In this document: positions 1-15,365 of the stretch, piece after piece
Numbering within the stretch: the first letter of the stretch is position 1
Layout: every line of letters begins with the position of its first letter
NCBI GenBank assembly: GCA_964016885.1
Contig: OZ024740.1
Span: forward strand, 361,584,001-361,648,000
Reading direction: 5' to 3'
DNA length: 64,000 nt
Origin: Eledone cirrhosa
Lineage: Eukaryota
The notes under the pieces: model-generated
What the model was told of the DNA's origin: nothing
Seen by the model: only the letters and a program-made list of their open reading frames with translations
The model's database searches: none
Translations under genes and position numbers: made by a program

Positions 1-868
1 CGCCTCTCTTTCGTTTTTGAAAGGGGGAGGCGGTTTGATTGTGACAATGTTCTCGGTGGTCAACCGGATTGGTTCCACCCGCGACAGTAGTCGTTCTACA
101 TAGCCCCACAGGTCAGCAACGCCCGGGCAGTGTACGAATGCGTGTGCGACGGTTTCCTCGTCACGCACGCATCTTGGACAGATCTTCTTCGAGGGGTCCC
201 TACCCGGGCGCCCGTGTCTGTAGAGCTTGTCCCGAACGGGTAGAGCTCCTCGGTAACATTGCCAAGCCAGGGACTTTTGGAAGTTGTCCATCGGTCCCGG
301 GCCAAACGTCCTACCGAACAGACTGGCCAGCTCGTCTTCCTCCATGCCCAGAGCCTCTCCGAGAGCGTCGTCGCACTTGCTGCGCACCAACCCTCTATAG
401 AATGTTGAGGTTGAGTCTCCACTGATTGCCGGATCCGCTTGCCAGAGGCCCGTGAGCGCCTGGGCACATTCAATGTGCCAGTCGCCCACTTTTCTCGGTC
501 TTTGCTTGACCCAGGATTGCAGCTCGGTGAGTGAGACGAGTCTCGGAAAGGCTCGCCTCACAAACAGGGCCCACACCGGCTGACCGGTGAGGAATACCTG
601 GAGGTGCCGTAGCCTTAATGCGTGTCTACGCATCGTCAGCCACGGCATCCCCATCCTTCCGTTCGAAGGGTGTTGACAGCAGATGGATCTTCTCACCAAA
701 GGAGCCCGCTTCTTCCAAAGAAATCGGAAGAGCGCGCGCTCCATTTAGGCAAGTGTTTTCTCTGGGCAAGGCACGACGGTCAAGCGGTAGTAGATGACGG
801 ACGCTATATAAGCGTTTGCCACCTCCGCTCGACCTTTCAGGGATAGTTTGCACTCGGCCCACTTCTGG
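1..868 (-). mobile_element. Tx1-clade LINE, ORF2 3' fragment (5'-truncated, frameshifted)
   Basis: Reverse complement matches the ORF2 C-terminal region at ~21980-22840 (QKWAECKLSLKGRAEVAN...CPRCVxDEETVAHA). Runs off the left edge. Confidence 0.9.
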
Positions 869-1899
<1,031 letters not shown>

Positions 1900-2067
1900 T
1901 GACTATAAAAGAAAAACGAACACAGATACATACATATATGAGTTCAAATAAGGGACCAGATTCGCTAAGGTGAAAAGAATACTAACTATAGACAATAGGG
2001 TTTGCCTGTCTCAATTTAAGAAAAAATCAAGAAAATAAATACAAACCAGAATTGTGGTAACTACCGA

Positions 2068-2140
2068 TCATCCAGACAAATTGGTGCTGTTTCGCAATGT
2101 TGATTGTGAATAGAGTTACCAATTTATGCTCATCAGTGGG
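2068..2140 (-). ncRNA. Degenerate hammerhead ribozyme motif in a pLTR remnant
   Basis: Minus strand: cca-CTGATGA-gca..tgc-GAAA-cag..ctg-ga-tga, with the UH site mutated. Flank 1999-2047 resembles 53946-53991. Confidence 0.5.
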
Positions 2141-2203
2141 TGATAAATTAGTATCCTAGACACTTCTAAGTATATTAAGAAACTGAACAGTGTGCCATAT
2201 ATA

Positions 2204-2396
2204 ATAATTGTTTTTACTTTTGGCACAAGGCCATCAATTATCCCAGTGCATTACTGGTACTTTATTTTATCGACCCCGTAAGGATGAAAGGCAAAGTTAA
2301 CCTCGGCGAGATTTGAACTCACAATGGCAAGGGCCGTAACTCTATGCGTCAAAGCATGGAATCCGACCCTCTACCGATACTGCCAACCCACCGCCC
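2204..2396 (-). mobile_element. tRNA-derived SINE (main family in window)
   Basis: A box TGGCAGTATCGG, B box GAGTTCAAATC, core GCCTTTCATCCTTACGGGGTCGATAAAATAAAGTACCAG, tail GGCCTTGTGCCAAAAGTA. Confidence 0.9.
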
Positions 2397-2452
2397 TATA
2401 TATATATATATATATAAATATATATATGTGCGGTGTTATTATTATATATGGC

Positions 2453-2587
<135 letters not shown>

Positions 2588-2698
2588 TAATTTAGTATAT
2601 CTACTAACATATGCGTGCAGATGTACGCTAATGCCAGCAAATACACAGGTTATGTCATAGTACCTAGGTGGTTCAATGCAGGAGGATGCAGAACAATA

Positions 2699-3259
2699 AT
2701 ATAAAAGACGTAAAATAAGAAAATTAAAAAAAAAAATTAAAAAAATTAACTTACTTACTAAAATTTCACTCCAACTAATTAGTTTCTGCTATGGGATAAA
2801 GACAGTTACGTAATAAACCGTTGAGAATTCATTGCGTCATCAGGGAGGTCTATTCTCAGCTAAGTCTCCAGGCAATGCGCGGCCAAAACCACTACTAATT
2901 TTTTGGTGTGTTAGTAGGCTTCTGTCATCTTACCATCCCACTCCTACCGACTAGCCTCAGTGTCACGTGATTGATTCTTTAGAATCGGCCATTTGACCAG
3001 TGACAGCGAGATTTTCAGTGCATGGAATCCAGTCCCCGCTAGCTGTTCCATTTACCGAATTATTATTATTTTTATATGAGTCCCCAGTGTCCGCGCATTG
3101 CCTGGAGACTTAGCTGAGAATAGACCTCCCTGATGACGCAATGAATTCTCAACGGTTTATTACGTAACTGTCTTTATCCCATTGCAGAAACTAATTAGTT
3201 GGAGTGAAATTTTAGTAAGTTAATTTTTAAAAACTTTTTTAAAATTTTCTTATTTTACG

Positions 3260-3270
<11 letters not shown>
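2699..3270. mobile_element. Fold-back Penelope-type pLTR (about 180-bp inverted arms, about 210-bp spacer)
   Basis: 2699-2882 is the reverse complement of 3091-3270 with few differences. Each arm carries a hammerhead. Ends in (TA)n. Confidence 0.85.
3126..3204 (+). ncRNA. Type I hammerhead ribozyme (mirror copy on minus strand at 2770-2847)
   Basis: ctcc-CTGATGA-cgcaatg...cattgca-GAAA-ctaattag-TT-ggag: full core, stems I and II, palindromic stem III. Confidence 0.85.
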
Positions 3271-3317
<47 letters not shown>

Positions 3318-3543
3318 CCATATATAATAATAACAGCGCACATGACGTCCTAGCGCGTCTCACAAACTCACACGACTGAAAATAGCAGCCAGGTTTATTC
3401 GGCATTTGAAATAGCTCAACAAATTATATGTATATATCTGCGTTCGTTTTTCTTTTATATTTAATTATAATATACGGCTCGGAAATATCTCTTTCTTAGA
3501 GGTATTTTGTTGTAAGAGACTATTTTGAGTTCCTAACTCAATA

Positions 3544-3617
<74 letters not shown>

Positions 3618-3760
3618 GTTATTCCGGGTTGAATCGGAGGTAACCACAGTAAGTAAGGTACTCAATACATAGCAGAGTATAACAGTTTTAATATAGATGA
3701 GATTCTACAGGACTAGAACTGTTTCATTCATTAGAAATCATCAGGAATCCCTGATCATCT

Positions 3761-3809
3761 GATTCCTGATGATTTCTAATGAATGAAACAGTTCTAGTCC
3801 TGTAGAATC
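3761..3809 (+). ncRNA. Type I hammerhead ribozyme in palindrome 3691-3819 (mirror copy 3701-3749)
   Basis: gattc-CTGATGA-tttctaatgaat-GAAA-cag..ctg-TA-gaatc. Confidence 0.8.
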
Positions 3810-3812
3810 TCA

Positions 3813-3861
<49 letters not shown>

Positions 3862-3862
<1 letters not shown>

Positions 3863-4042
3863 ATACCAGGTGGACCATAACCCACCAGATTACTCGATAC
3901 TTGGGGTTGTAGAGTAGGTAATATGAAAAGATTCAGGACCGCGACGGATGAGCTCTTGCCGTTTCGACAGCTAGATCTGAGTTCAGATCTAGCTGTCGAA
4001 ACGGCCGAAGCTCAGCCGTCGGGATCCTGAATCTTTTCATAT
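3862..4042. mobile_element. Fold-back pLTR with 3' half of a hammerhead; same family as 11835-12022
   Basis: Inverted arms 3921-4042 centred near 3981; GAAA-cggc..gccg-TC-ggga. Shares ccaggtggaccataac with 11859. Confidence 0.7.
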
Positions 4043-4087
4043 ATTTATATCTATATTTGTGTGTTTGTGTATTTGTATATATTTGAC

Positions 4088-4119
<32 letters not shown>

Positions 4120-4351
4120 TAAAATGTCATCAAATATATATTTAGTCTATCTACTTTCGATCTCGCTTTCTCCCATTGAATTATTTATGGTCAGTGTGTA
4201 TGAGGCTAGGTTATTTCAAGGAAAGGTATTTGAATTTTAACAATGATGAAAATAGAGAAATGTCAATAAACATTTGATAGAAGATTAAAATAAAAGTAAG
4301 CTGCAGTCATAAATGACGAGAAACGTGTTTAGACACGTTTTTCCCCCGATA

Positions 4352-4484
4352 ATAGGCGGCAAATTGTTAGGGTCGTTAGACCGTCAGATAGAATACTTTG
4401 CGGTATTCGTTCCGGCTCTATGCTCCCCGAGTTCAATATCCGCCGAGGTCAACTTTGCCTTTCATTCTTTCGAGGTCGATAAAA
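4352..4484 (+). mobile_element. tRNA-derived SINE, diverged
   Basis: GAGTTCAATATCCGCCGAGGTCAACTTTGCCTTTCAT core. Confidence 0.8.
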
Positions 4485-4619
4485 TGAAACCTTATATAAC
4501 GATGCAAATATATGGATGTTTATATAAGCAATGTAATAAGTGGTGGTAACCGGAAGTATAGATATTTGAATATTTAAAAAGAAGTGAATCTTAAAATAAG
4601 CAAGCATTATATATAAGAA

Positions 4620-4859
4620 TAAATATTCTTATATATAATTGTTTCTACTTTTGGCACAAGGCCAGCAATTACCCAGTGTATTATTGGTACTTTATTTTAT
4701 CGACCCCGTAAGGATGAAAGGCAAAGTTAACCTCAAATCCCGCCGACGTTAACTTTGCCTTTCATCCTTACGGGGTCGATAAAATAAAGTACCAGTAATA
4801 CACTGGGTAATTGCTGGCCTTGTGCCAAAAGTAGAAACAATTATATATAAGAATATTTA
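4620..4859. mobile_element. SINE 3' half as an inverted duplication including flank
   Basis: 4620-4731 is the reverse complement of 4748-4859 with one mismatch. Confidence 0.85.
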
Positions 4860-4921
4860 TGTTTAATCAAGAGCTACGAAATTTGGTAGATAAATTATGT
4901 AATATTCATTCATTATTTATT

Positions 4922-5101
4922 CATTGGCAGTATCGGTAGAGGGTCAGACGCCATGCTTTCCAACATAGTTACGTCCCTTTACGATCTGAGTTCAAATCCC
5001 GCCGAGGTTGACTTTGCCTTTCATCCTTACGGGGTCGATAAAATAAAGTACCAGTAATGCACTGGGTAATTGCTGGCCTTGTGCCTAAAGTAGAAACAAT
5101 T
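4922..5101 (+). mobile_element. tRNA-derived SINE
   Basis: A and B boxes, core and tail as in 2204-2396. Confidence 0.9.
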
Positions 5102-6198
5102 ATTTATTCAAAGTAATCTAACTTATTTTACTAACGGTATAAAACAAAACAAAACCGTACGCAGTCCCGCAGACCTTCCTTTATTATAGATATATATGTA
5201 TATACAAACAATATACATAGCATCGAAAAATGTTAACAAATGAATGAAACTACTAAAATGGAATGTTTTACTTATAATTTGAGGCTAAACAATATATTTT
5301 ATTTTTAGGAGGTTGATAAATAAAGAACCATTCCAATACAGTTATTGATTTTTCTATATTTCTTTTTCACTTCATCTCTCTTTTACTTTCACCCCCTTTC
5401 TCTCTCTGGAAGAAAGCAGTTGTGTTTAAACGTGGAACGCGATGGGCTTCGCCAAGTTTAAAAGTTTTCAAAGCAAGTCGTACATCACGGCGTTCTTCTA
5501 ATTCCATGAGAAGTTAAGGATCCAAGGAATAACGGTATATATCTATTTGAAAAGGCTGTCATAATTTATGATATAGTACTTTGAATTTCAACAGACGATA
5601 TTAGATGAAGTTAGTTGCCCCAAAGTTAGTTGCCCCCAAAATGTATATATATTTCATTTATTACTATAGAATGTTCACAATGATATGTGGTATAGTAAAA
5701 AAAATAAAGGAAAAAAAAACAAAGAGGAAAGGAACTAATCGTCACAATACACAAAAGAAATAATGTTTCCATTGGTTGGTCTTTCCATTGCTGACACTAT
5801 CCGTCGGTATCAATTCCCGACAGAAGACAGGATTTGAACCCAGAACGCACAGAGCTAGATGAGATGTCGCAAACTATCCTGTCCGACGTTTTAAAAACCC
5901 AGCCAGCCCACTGCCTCTGGACTGGCTATATATAGATCTTCAAAAGGATGAAATGCAAAGTTGACCTCAGCGTAGGTTGAACTCAAAATGCATTTTATCC
6001 GACATTCTAACGACTTTACCGATTCGCTCCATGGAGTCGTTAGGGCGCCATTCTGACACACGGTGTCTCTTAGGCACTTTAAACCATGTGGAGCCCATTC
6101 CTTTTCGGGTCGGAACACAGCCAGTTTTCTTCCAGAGAAACAAAGAACTAGGGAGAGAGTGAGGATGAGAGAGAGTGAGAAAGAGTGAGAGAGAGAGA

Positions 6199-6341
<143 letters not shown>

Positions 6342-6807
6342 AGAGAGGTAGAGGAAGAACCAACCTCAGTACTGGACAGGTTCTTTATTTATCGACCTCG
6401 AAAGGATGAAAGGTGAAGTTGACCTCGGCGGAATTTGAACTTATAGCACAGTGAACCTCAGAATAAATACCAAGGCAGTCTTATTCCCACGCTCTAATGC
6501 CTATCGTTGTATACTACAATAAACATGTCCAAACTCGTTCCTCCGCACTCAACGCTTCAGTTCGTTTCCTTTTTTTCCTTTTCCCCTGAACCATTTCATA
6601 TATTTCATTTGTTCCCGACCTCTCTGCTTTCTCATTGTTTAAATATGTTTCCTTGAAGGAGACTGGCCTTATCCCCACTGACCATAAACACAAGCCAACA
6701 CACACACACACACAAACTTACACACACACACACACACATATATACATACATACATGCATACATACGTACACAATATGTACATACATACGTACATACATAC
6801 ATACATA

Positions 6808-7406
6808 CATGGTGGCTGCCAACTCGTTTTCGAGTACGGCCACTACTTTATATCCATGTAGGAGAACCCCTACCGATGCGCTTAACAAGTCCAGCCAGTG
6901 ACTTGAAAACTCTGGTACAAACACTACACTTGTGACAATTATTGACACATAGTGCTGGGCCCATGGTACCATGTGATGACAAGTGCAGAGAGATCTCCAG
7001 ATATAAAGCAATGCCTGTGCCGTGAAGCTTTTATAGTGAGCAAAAGCACTGCACAAAGCCAGTCCCACTCTCTTAACCAAGATGATATTTACCAAAAAGA
7101 AGAACAAGTCAACATCATTGGATACCATCAGAGTTGCAGGTGTTATATCAGAGTTTTCCTTCTCCTAGAATTCTGCCTTGACAAAGGCTAACGGGTCATC
7201 TCTCCCGGTGATTTTGGATGGCCATTGACTCTTAAGAGCTCCTTTGCTCTTTGACAGGTTTTGTTTTTAGTCCTGCAGGATGTCCAAAGTCACCCTCCTC
7301 ACCAAGAAACCTTGGTGGGGTTGTCAGTTTAGTCGCCAACGACCCGACCATGGGACAGGTTGTACTGGGATACATGTTACCAGTAGCACCAACTGGTGAC
7401 CTGACA
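6808..7406 (-). mobile_element. Non-autonomous RTE-derived element (about 600 bp) in (CATA)n
   Basis: Nearly identical to 34691-35286 on the opposite strand. RTE-like 5'UTR and 3' end CGAGTTGGCAGCCACCATG-(TATG)n. Confidence 0.75.
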
Positions 7407-7543
7407 TAATACATACATACATACATACATACATACATACATACAAACATACATACATACATACATATATACGTACATACCTACGTACATACATTAGTAC
7501 ATAGATACGTACTTATATTCATAGATTTGTTTAGCAAGTAATA

Positions 7544-7725
7544 ACTGTTTCTACGTTTGGTACAAGGCCAACAATTACCCAGAGCATTACTGGTACTTTA
7601 TCTTATCGACCCGTAAGGATGAAAGGCAAAGTTAACCTCGGCGGGATTTGAACTCAGAATGGCAAGGGCCGTAACTCTATACGTCAAAGCATAGCGTCCG
7701 ACCCTCTACCGATACTGCCAATCCA
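7544..7725 (-). mobile_element. tRNA-derived SINE
   Basis: Same A/B boxes, core and tail. Confidence 0.9.
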
Positions 7726-7744
7726 CAACAGCATAGAAACATAT

Positions 7745-10700
7745 TTTTCTAGGGCGGGTAAAATTCCCGAGATCCATGGACGAGTTCTCTCCAGCGGTCT
7801 CTGTCTCTCATTATTGCTGCCATGTCCTGCGTCTCCAACAGACCAGTGTCTGTCCTTAGGGCATCAACATACGTTAACCTTGGTCTTCCTCTTCCAGTGT
7901 GTCCATGAAGGGGCTCCCACAGGAGCACTGAGTGCAATGTCAACTCTGGATGTCAGTGAGCTTGTCCAGCTAACCTCAGTCTCCTCTCTGTCACTTTTGA
8001 GTTGACTTTTGGGAGGCTCCCATACAGCTCTGAGTTTTTCATCCTCAGTGTATACTGATTAATATTCAGAGCCATCCTGAGCATTCTCGTGTAGCATCCA
8101 TCCACCATCTGAGTGAGTTTCCTGGTCAGTGTCCAAGTCTCAGACCCGTACAGCAGCACAGACTCCACTACAGCAATGAAGAGGCGGATCTTCAGGTCTT
8201 TACGAGGGTCCGACTTCCACACCGATCTCAAGCTGTGGCACGCCGCCCAGGCTTTGCTCTTCCTCTCAACCACATCATCTTCCGTATTCCCAATCTTTGC
8301 TCCCAGATACAGGAAGTCTTCAACCAATTCCAGTGGCTTCCCGCCTACATTAGTGATCCCCTCTGGCTTCTCAACATTATCTACCAGATATTTTGTTTTA
8401 GTCTCATTCATTCTCAACCCCACACTCATCGACAAAGTCTCAACTTCCTGCATCAAATCCTCTGCCTCCTTCACTGTATTTGTCACCAAAACTATGTCGT
8501 CGGCAAATTCAGCATCTGATACCTTTTCGCCTTAACTCTCCTGTTTTGAGCCGGTGCTACAGTAAAGCCAGAGTCCTGGTGTTTCTCCAGTGCAAGGCGC
8601 ATACAATAGTCCACTACGATGATAAAAAGGTAGGGAGCCAATATATCTCCCTGGAGCACTCCAGCCAGTATCTCAAAGAACTCTGTCATCCCATCAGGTG
8701 TAATGACTTGGGCTTTGGTGTTGGTGTAGAGCAGTGATATCAGGTCCACTATCCTCTTGGGGACTCCATAAGCCTGTAAGATCTTCATCAGGTAGTGACG
8801 GTCCACAGAATCAAAGGCCTTCCTAAAGTCAATGAAAACCATGATCGCAGAAAGCACTTTGCTCTAGCTCCCTCTAATATCCTCCTCAGCATCAGGATGT
8901 GACTGGTAGTTGATCTTCCCTCTCTGAAGCCGTTCTGGTTGTCCCTGAGCTTCTTCTCCATCTCAGGCTGGATCCTGTTAAGAATCATCCTGTTGAGGGT
9001 CTTTTTCACAAGTGACATCAGTGAGATCCCGTTGTAGTTGTTGGTGTTAGAGAGATCTCCCTTCTTTGGCACTGGGACGATGTTACTGATCCTCCACTGA
9101 TTCGGGGCAACTCCTTTCTCCAGTGCCTGGTTACAGAATCCCAGGATGATATCATCAAAATCACACCTCTTCATCACCTCTGATGCCACTCCATCTCCTC
9201 CATGAGCCTTGCCCTCCTTTATCCTCTTCTTGGCTCTCTGAAGCTCCTCTCTGGTGAAGGGCTCTGTCTCAATATCCAGTTCTTCAAACAGCCGCCTGAT
9301 CTCCCCAGTGCTCTGGGCTATGGAGGGTGGCTCTCCTAGTAGGGTCCTACAATGGTCTAACCATTTCCTCTTCCTATCCTCTGGCCCCGTTCCCTGGATC
9401 TGACTCGAACGCCTTCTCTTCCTCCCTGTGATCTCGTTGATGATCATCCAGCTCTCCTTACATCCAGATCTATCAACCGCTCTCTCCACACTTCTGATCT
9501 TCTCTATCAGTGCCTCCTCTCTGACCTCAGTGTAAGCGGTACAGCGTTCTTCTCTCATCACCTCCACAGTCTCCATCTTCTCCTTCGTAGGATCAGCATA
9601 GAATTGGTCCTTGGCAGCTTTCAGGTGTTCTCTGGCTGCACTCACTTTTGGGTCTGCAGAGCTGACGTGCTTCCTTTTGTTCTTTTTTTCTCGGCACTAG
9701 GGTTTCACTTGCTTCCGCCACTGCATTGGTGAAGTACCCGTACCTCCTCGTCACACTCTCCTCAGTCCATCCAATCTCTCTCTCCTCTGACTCTCCACAC
9801 AGAGCACTAAACCTGTTTCTCACTTCCACTGTGAACCTCTCCTGTAGCTTATCATCTTCCTTGAAAGCTCCCCAGTCATAGATTGTTCTCCGGGGCTGAG
9901 CCTTGCTCTTTCTTAAGCTCACCCGGACCTCACTCATAACAAACCGGTGGTCACTACCCAGTGTACTGAAATAGTTGTATGGTTCTGTGTTCAGAACACT
10001 ATTCCGCCACTTTTTCCTCACCAGAATGAAATCAATCTGGGACTTGGACAGGTGCATATCTGAGATGTAGGTCCACATCTTCCCCGGATTCTTCCTAAAC
10101 CTTTGGTTGGTCGCTATCAAGTTCGCCTCCAGCAGGGTGTCTCTCAGTAGTCTTCCATTTCAATTGGTGTTGTTATGGAAGTACCAGCAAGGATCTTCAC
10201 TGCCCTCCTTACTCAGATGTGCATTGAAGTCCCCCAAAACAAGCAGGATGTTGTGTGCTTGTGTGGTGTTGACAGCTCTACACACCTCCTCATGGAACTC
10301 TTCCGCACTCACATCACTGTCTCCCTCGGTTGGACTATAGGTTGAGATGACTGTCAGTCTTGGGTTTCCATTGAAGGTCACCTTCAACACTCGCGGGGAG
10401 ACAGGCATTATTTCCCTCACCAATAGACTGGTTTTTGTGCTGAAAACAAAACTCACTCTCCCCCACTGCAGCATTGGTCATGTTCCTCACTGCCGATGTG
10501 GTGATGAGCTGGCTCCTCTTCCCAATCATCACACTCCTCACGGGCTCATCGTGTAGGATCCTGTGTTCTTGGATCGCAAGTATCTGTATACCACTCTCCT
10601 CGAACAGATGTCCCAATTCCTCTCTCTTCTCCAGCGTCAGAATTGTCCTCACATTCAAAGTGCCCATTTTGATGGCTCTTCTGCAGGACAAAACTGCATT

Positions 10701-11047
10701 CTTTATATTTGTCTCAGAGACAGCTGATCCATCATCCACTGGCCCTCTCTGTGGTTCTAAGCCAGCAGAGTCATAATGACCAGACTGCTCCTTGACAGTG
10801 TAATTAGGGGCTCTACCCTAGTGCTGTTAGATCGACTCTCCATATTTCTTTTCAATGGCTGACAATACCTTACCGACGCCACTCGAATAAGGTAGTTATT
10901 TAACCCATAAATGGGGCCCTAACAGGTACTACTACTCCGGGCTAGAGCAGACCTGGGAGTTATGACAACTAAGGGGTAACTCCACATTCCCCACATCTCC
11001 TGAACTCCCGAACTGGAGCCTTGCCACTGGATGTAGTTTAATGTCAT
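7745..11047 (-). mobile_element. Near full-length RTE-clade LINE (APE endonuclease plus RT), frameshifted
   Basis: MGTLNVRT, IQEHR, LGDFNAH, QIDFIL, SDH (APE); FIDFRKAFDSV, GVLQGD, YLG (RT); GRGRPRLTYVD..DRDRWR C-terminus (stop 7749). Putative 5'UTR extends to about 11047. Confidence 0.92.
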
Positions 11048-11256
11048 ATATATATACTCATATAATTAAAAACATACATATCCACACATACAATGACATC
11101 CAGATCTACATATATAAACACACGTAGACATACATACATAATTATGTTATATTGATCTCTAAATTCAAATGAAATAACCTTGTACCTGAGTTAGATTAGA
11201 AATCGGCTATTGGCGAAAAATGTAAAAAGTAAATAAAAAAAAAATATTAACATACA

Positions 11257-11336
<80 letters not shown>

Positions 11337-11379
11337 CTCACACATATATAGATATCGTTATACTTTGAGAGGGTCATCA

Positions 11380-11585
11380 TACTGCCAATACACATTCTGT
11401 GTGTGACGAAAGAGCTTTGATAATCAACAAACAATCATCCGGTTATTAAACTAACCGACTGTGAAATTATCATAATAAATTGAAGTGAAACTCAACAGGT
11501 GCGTGTGTTTATATTGGCAGCATGACCCTCCCAAAGAATAACAATATCTGTTTCAACACACCATTTTAGATAAAGAATCTTGCAC
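11380..11585 (+). mobile_element. Solo pLTR related to the large Penelope element
   Basis: tgtgacGAAAgagcTTtga and ataataaattgaagtgaaa..catgaccctcccaaag match 49015-49195. Confidence 0.75.
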
Positions 11586-11612
11586 ACACACATATAGAAA
11601 GAGATATGTAAA

Positions 11613-11674
11613 ATACCGACCGCGGCGCCAAGCAGTTTCGGCTTCTGTGTCCAGCAATCCATTTTCAAGGGTAT
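11613..11674 (-). ncRNA. Hammerhead ribozyme, U3-A8 core variant
   Basis: Minus strand: ataccc-TTGAAAA-tgga..gcc-GAAA-ctgc..gcgg-TC-ggtat. Confidence 0.65.
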
Positions 11675-11736
11675 AGTAATATTTGTAGGGTATGAAATAC
11701 ACACACACACACACACAACACACACACATATATATA

Positions 11737-11810
<74 letters not shown>

Positions 11811-11834
11811 TATATATATATATATATATATAAG

Positions 11835-12022
11835 TAACGAAGGAAATGTGGTAAGGAACCAGGTGGACCATAACGCACCAAAGTACTCAATACTTGAGGT
11901 AGTAGAGTGGGTAATAGGAACCAGTAAGACCCCGACAGCTGAGCTCAAGCCGTTTCGACGGCTAATTCTGAATTAGCCGTCGAAACGGCTTGAGCTCAGC
12001 TGTCGGGGTCTTACTGGTTCCT
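11835..12022. mobile_element. Fold-back pLTR with half hammerhead between (TA)n tracts
   Basis: Perfect palindrome 11915-12023 centred near 11969; GAAA-cggc..gctg-TC-gggg. Confidence 0.75.
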
Positions 12023-12064
12023 ATATATATAAGTATATATATATATAAGTATATATATATATAA

Positions 12065-12331
<267 letters not shown>

Positions 12332-12464
12332 GATAAATCTACCAAGAGTTTACGGTAGTGTCCAATCCGTATGAAGAACTCAATGTATTCCGGATATCAT
12401 GGAAAGAAGAGATGTAATGAAAAATCACTTTCGGTGAAAGATAAACGGTATACAGAGTCAAGAT

Positions 12465-12887
12465 AAAATATTAAACAAATAATGAATAAAACAATGAAAC
12501 AGTTCCTTATATTAAACAAAAAAAGTTCATTATTTAACGATCGTTTCTAGGATATATATGTGTTAGAATTGGCATGCATATTCAACAGATCTATGTACAA
12601 AATTATACAAAATTATTCAAACTATCAAGATTAAATATACATACCAAACACACATATACGCCGTCTTCAGAAATATTATTTCTGAAGACGGCGTATATGT
12701 GTGTTTGGTATGTATATTTAATCTTGATAGTTTGTATAATTTTGTATAATTTTGTACATAGATCTGTTGAATATGCATGCCAATTCTAACACATATATAT
12801 CCTAGAAACGATCGTTAAATAATGAACTTTTTTTGTTTAATATAAGGAACTGTTTCATTGTTTTATTCATTATTTGTTTAATATTTT
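12465..12887. mobile_element. Near-perfect palindrome of about 420 bp made of a pLTR
   Basis: Arms meet near 12675 with almost no loop. The right arm runs into (TA)n. Confidence 0.85.
12675..12823 (+). ncRNA. Type I hammerhead ribozyme with long stem II (mirror copy about 12529-12674)
   Basis: attattt-CTGAAGA-cggcgtatatgtgt...acacatatatatccta-GAAA-cgatcg-TT-aaataat. Confidence 0.75.
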
Positions 12888-13881
<994 letters not shown>

Positions 13882-14109
13882 TATATATTAATATGTTATA
13901 GTTTTCAGAGAATGTAATATCACTAGCATAAAACAAACACTATAATAAAACATTGTTTATAATTTATCGCGATCTAAAGTTAGATACATTTAAAAGGGTA
14001 GTTCAACTCGAATTCGAAAACTGGTAGTGAAAGAATTACTGGTCTGAACGACATGGTTTTCTTTGTCGCTGAGAGAGATTATACAATATACATGCTTTTC
14101 TGTTTTGCA

Positions 14110-14240
14110 GTCCATTTCTCCCTCTCCTGGACTCTCACTCCGCCTGTTGCAGACTGCGCATCAACATGAGATAGTCTTCTCCACAAAGTTCGATCCTCAA
14201 CAGCAGACTTTAAAGAGCAAAGGTCAAGTCCAGTCCATAA
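14110..14240 (-). mobile_element. RTE LINE 3' terminal fragment
   Basis: Minus strand reads WTGLDLCSLKSAVEDRTLWRRLSH, a typical RTE C-terminus. Confidence 0.65.
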
Positions 14241-14917
14241 GTTGACATTATTAAGCCAGCGTTTTGGCTTTCGACCCTTGCTTCTCTAACCGGCTAACTT
14301 TTTTTCTAGGCATAACTTATTCACACCACAAGTTGATCTTCATTTTCTGCATTTATTTTAAAGGATTGTTCATTTTAAAATGTCTCATCCTTACGGGCTC
14401 GATAAAATAAAGTACCAGTAATGAACTGGGTCGATTTAATCGACACTCCCCACCCCCAAAATTGTTGGCCTTGTGCCTAAATTAGAAAACATTATACTAA
14501 TTTCTAAAGATCTGATGCTACCAAACACAAGACACTATATAATGTCCACAAGTTAGCCATTACGAAAAGAAAATGAAAAGAATCGATCGTCAGATAATAT
14601 CATTGCTGATAGTATCTGCCGGACGCAACTCCTAGCAAAAGGATTTCATCGCACTACCCAGTTCGAAAATCAAAACTACACGCTTATGTTTGGGAGTCCA
14701 ACATGCTAACAGAAAAGTCACGTGTTTTCGCAGGTAACCTTTAAACAATATATTAATTATACTAGAAATGCAGTTATGTTTTCAATGACGTTAGAATTTG
14801 GGGATTTTCACAATCTAAAGCATTTTTTTGTTTTGGAATGTTGCGGGAGAAATGATAACGAAGTGTCGATGACATGTTACGAAGTGCTGGATCTTCAGCT
14901 GATTACACATTATTTTG

Positions 14918-15105
14918 TGGTAGGAGTATTTAACTCACATTCTAAAGGTTGCGAGTTCAATTCTCATCGGTGTGTTGTGTCCTTGAGAAATACACTTTAT
15001 TTCATGTTGCTTCATTTCATTCAGTTGGAAAAAAAAGTTGTGTCGGTAATTTGAAGGGCTAGCTTTGTCTCAAACACTGTATCACGTTGAATCACCTCGC
15101 TACAT
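14918..15105 (+). mobile_element. Second SINE family (tRNA head plus CORE-like domain)
   Basis: GAGTTCAATTC B box followed by gtgttgtgtccttgagaaatacactttatttcatgttgct. Related copies near 30690-30960, 32510-32680, 40880-41110 and 61870-62100. Confidence 0.7.
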
Positions 15106-15169
15106 TATCACAACGATCACAACCACCACCATCACCCCCAAAAGGAATAATAACAACAATTATTTTTAT

Positions 15170-15365
15170 TATTGGCTCAAGGCCAGCAATTGAAGGTAAC
15201 AGTAAAGCCGACTATATCACTCCAGTATTCCACTGTTATTTTATTTTATCGACTCTGGAAGGCAAAGTTGACTTCGATGGGATTTGAACTCAGAACATAA
15301 AGGGCCGGAACAAATATTGTTAAGCATTTGTCCGACGCTCTAACGATTCTGCCAATCCACCATCC
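15170..15365 (-). mobile_element. tRNA-derived SINE, diverged
   Basis: Core and B box recognisable. Confidence 0.8.

Noticed and set aside
4922-5000. tRNA genes at SINE heads
   Set aside because: A and B boxes are present but there is no cloverleaf, and they are always attached to the SINE core and tail.
5400-5600. Possible host exon
   Set aside because: Short frames on both strands, with no recognisable protein or consistent splice sites.
14096-14245. Plus-strand exon with acceptor ttttctgttttgcag
   Set aside because: Better explained as an RTE 3' fragment on the minus strand.
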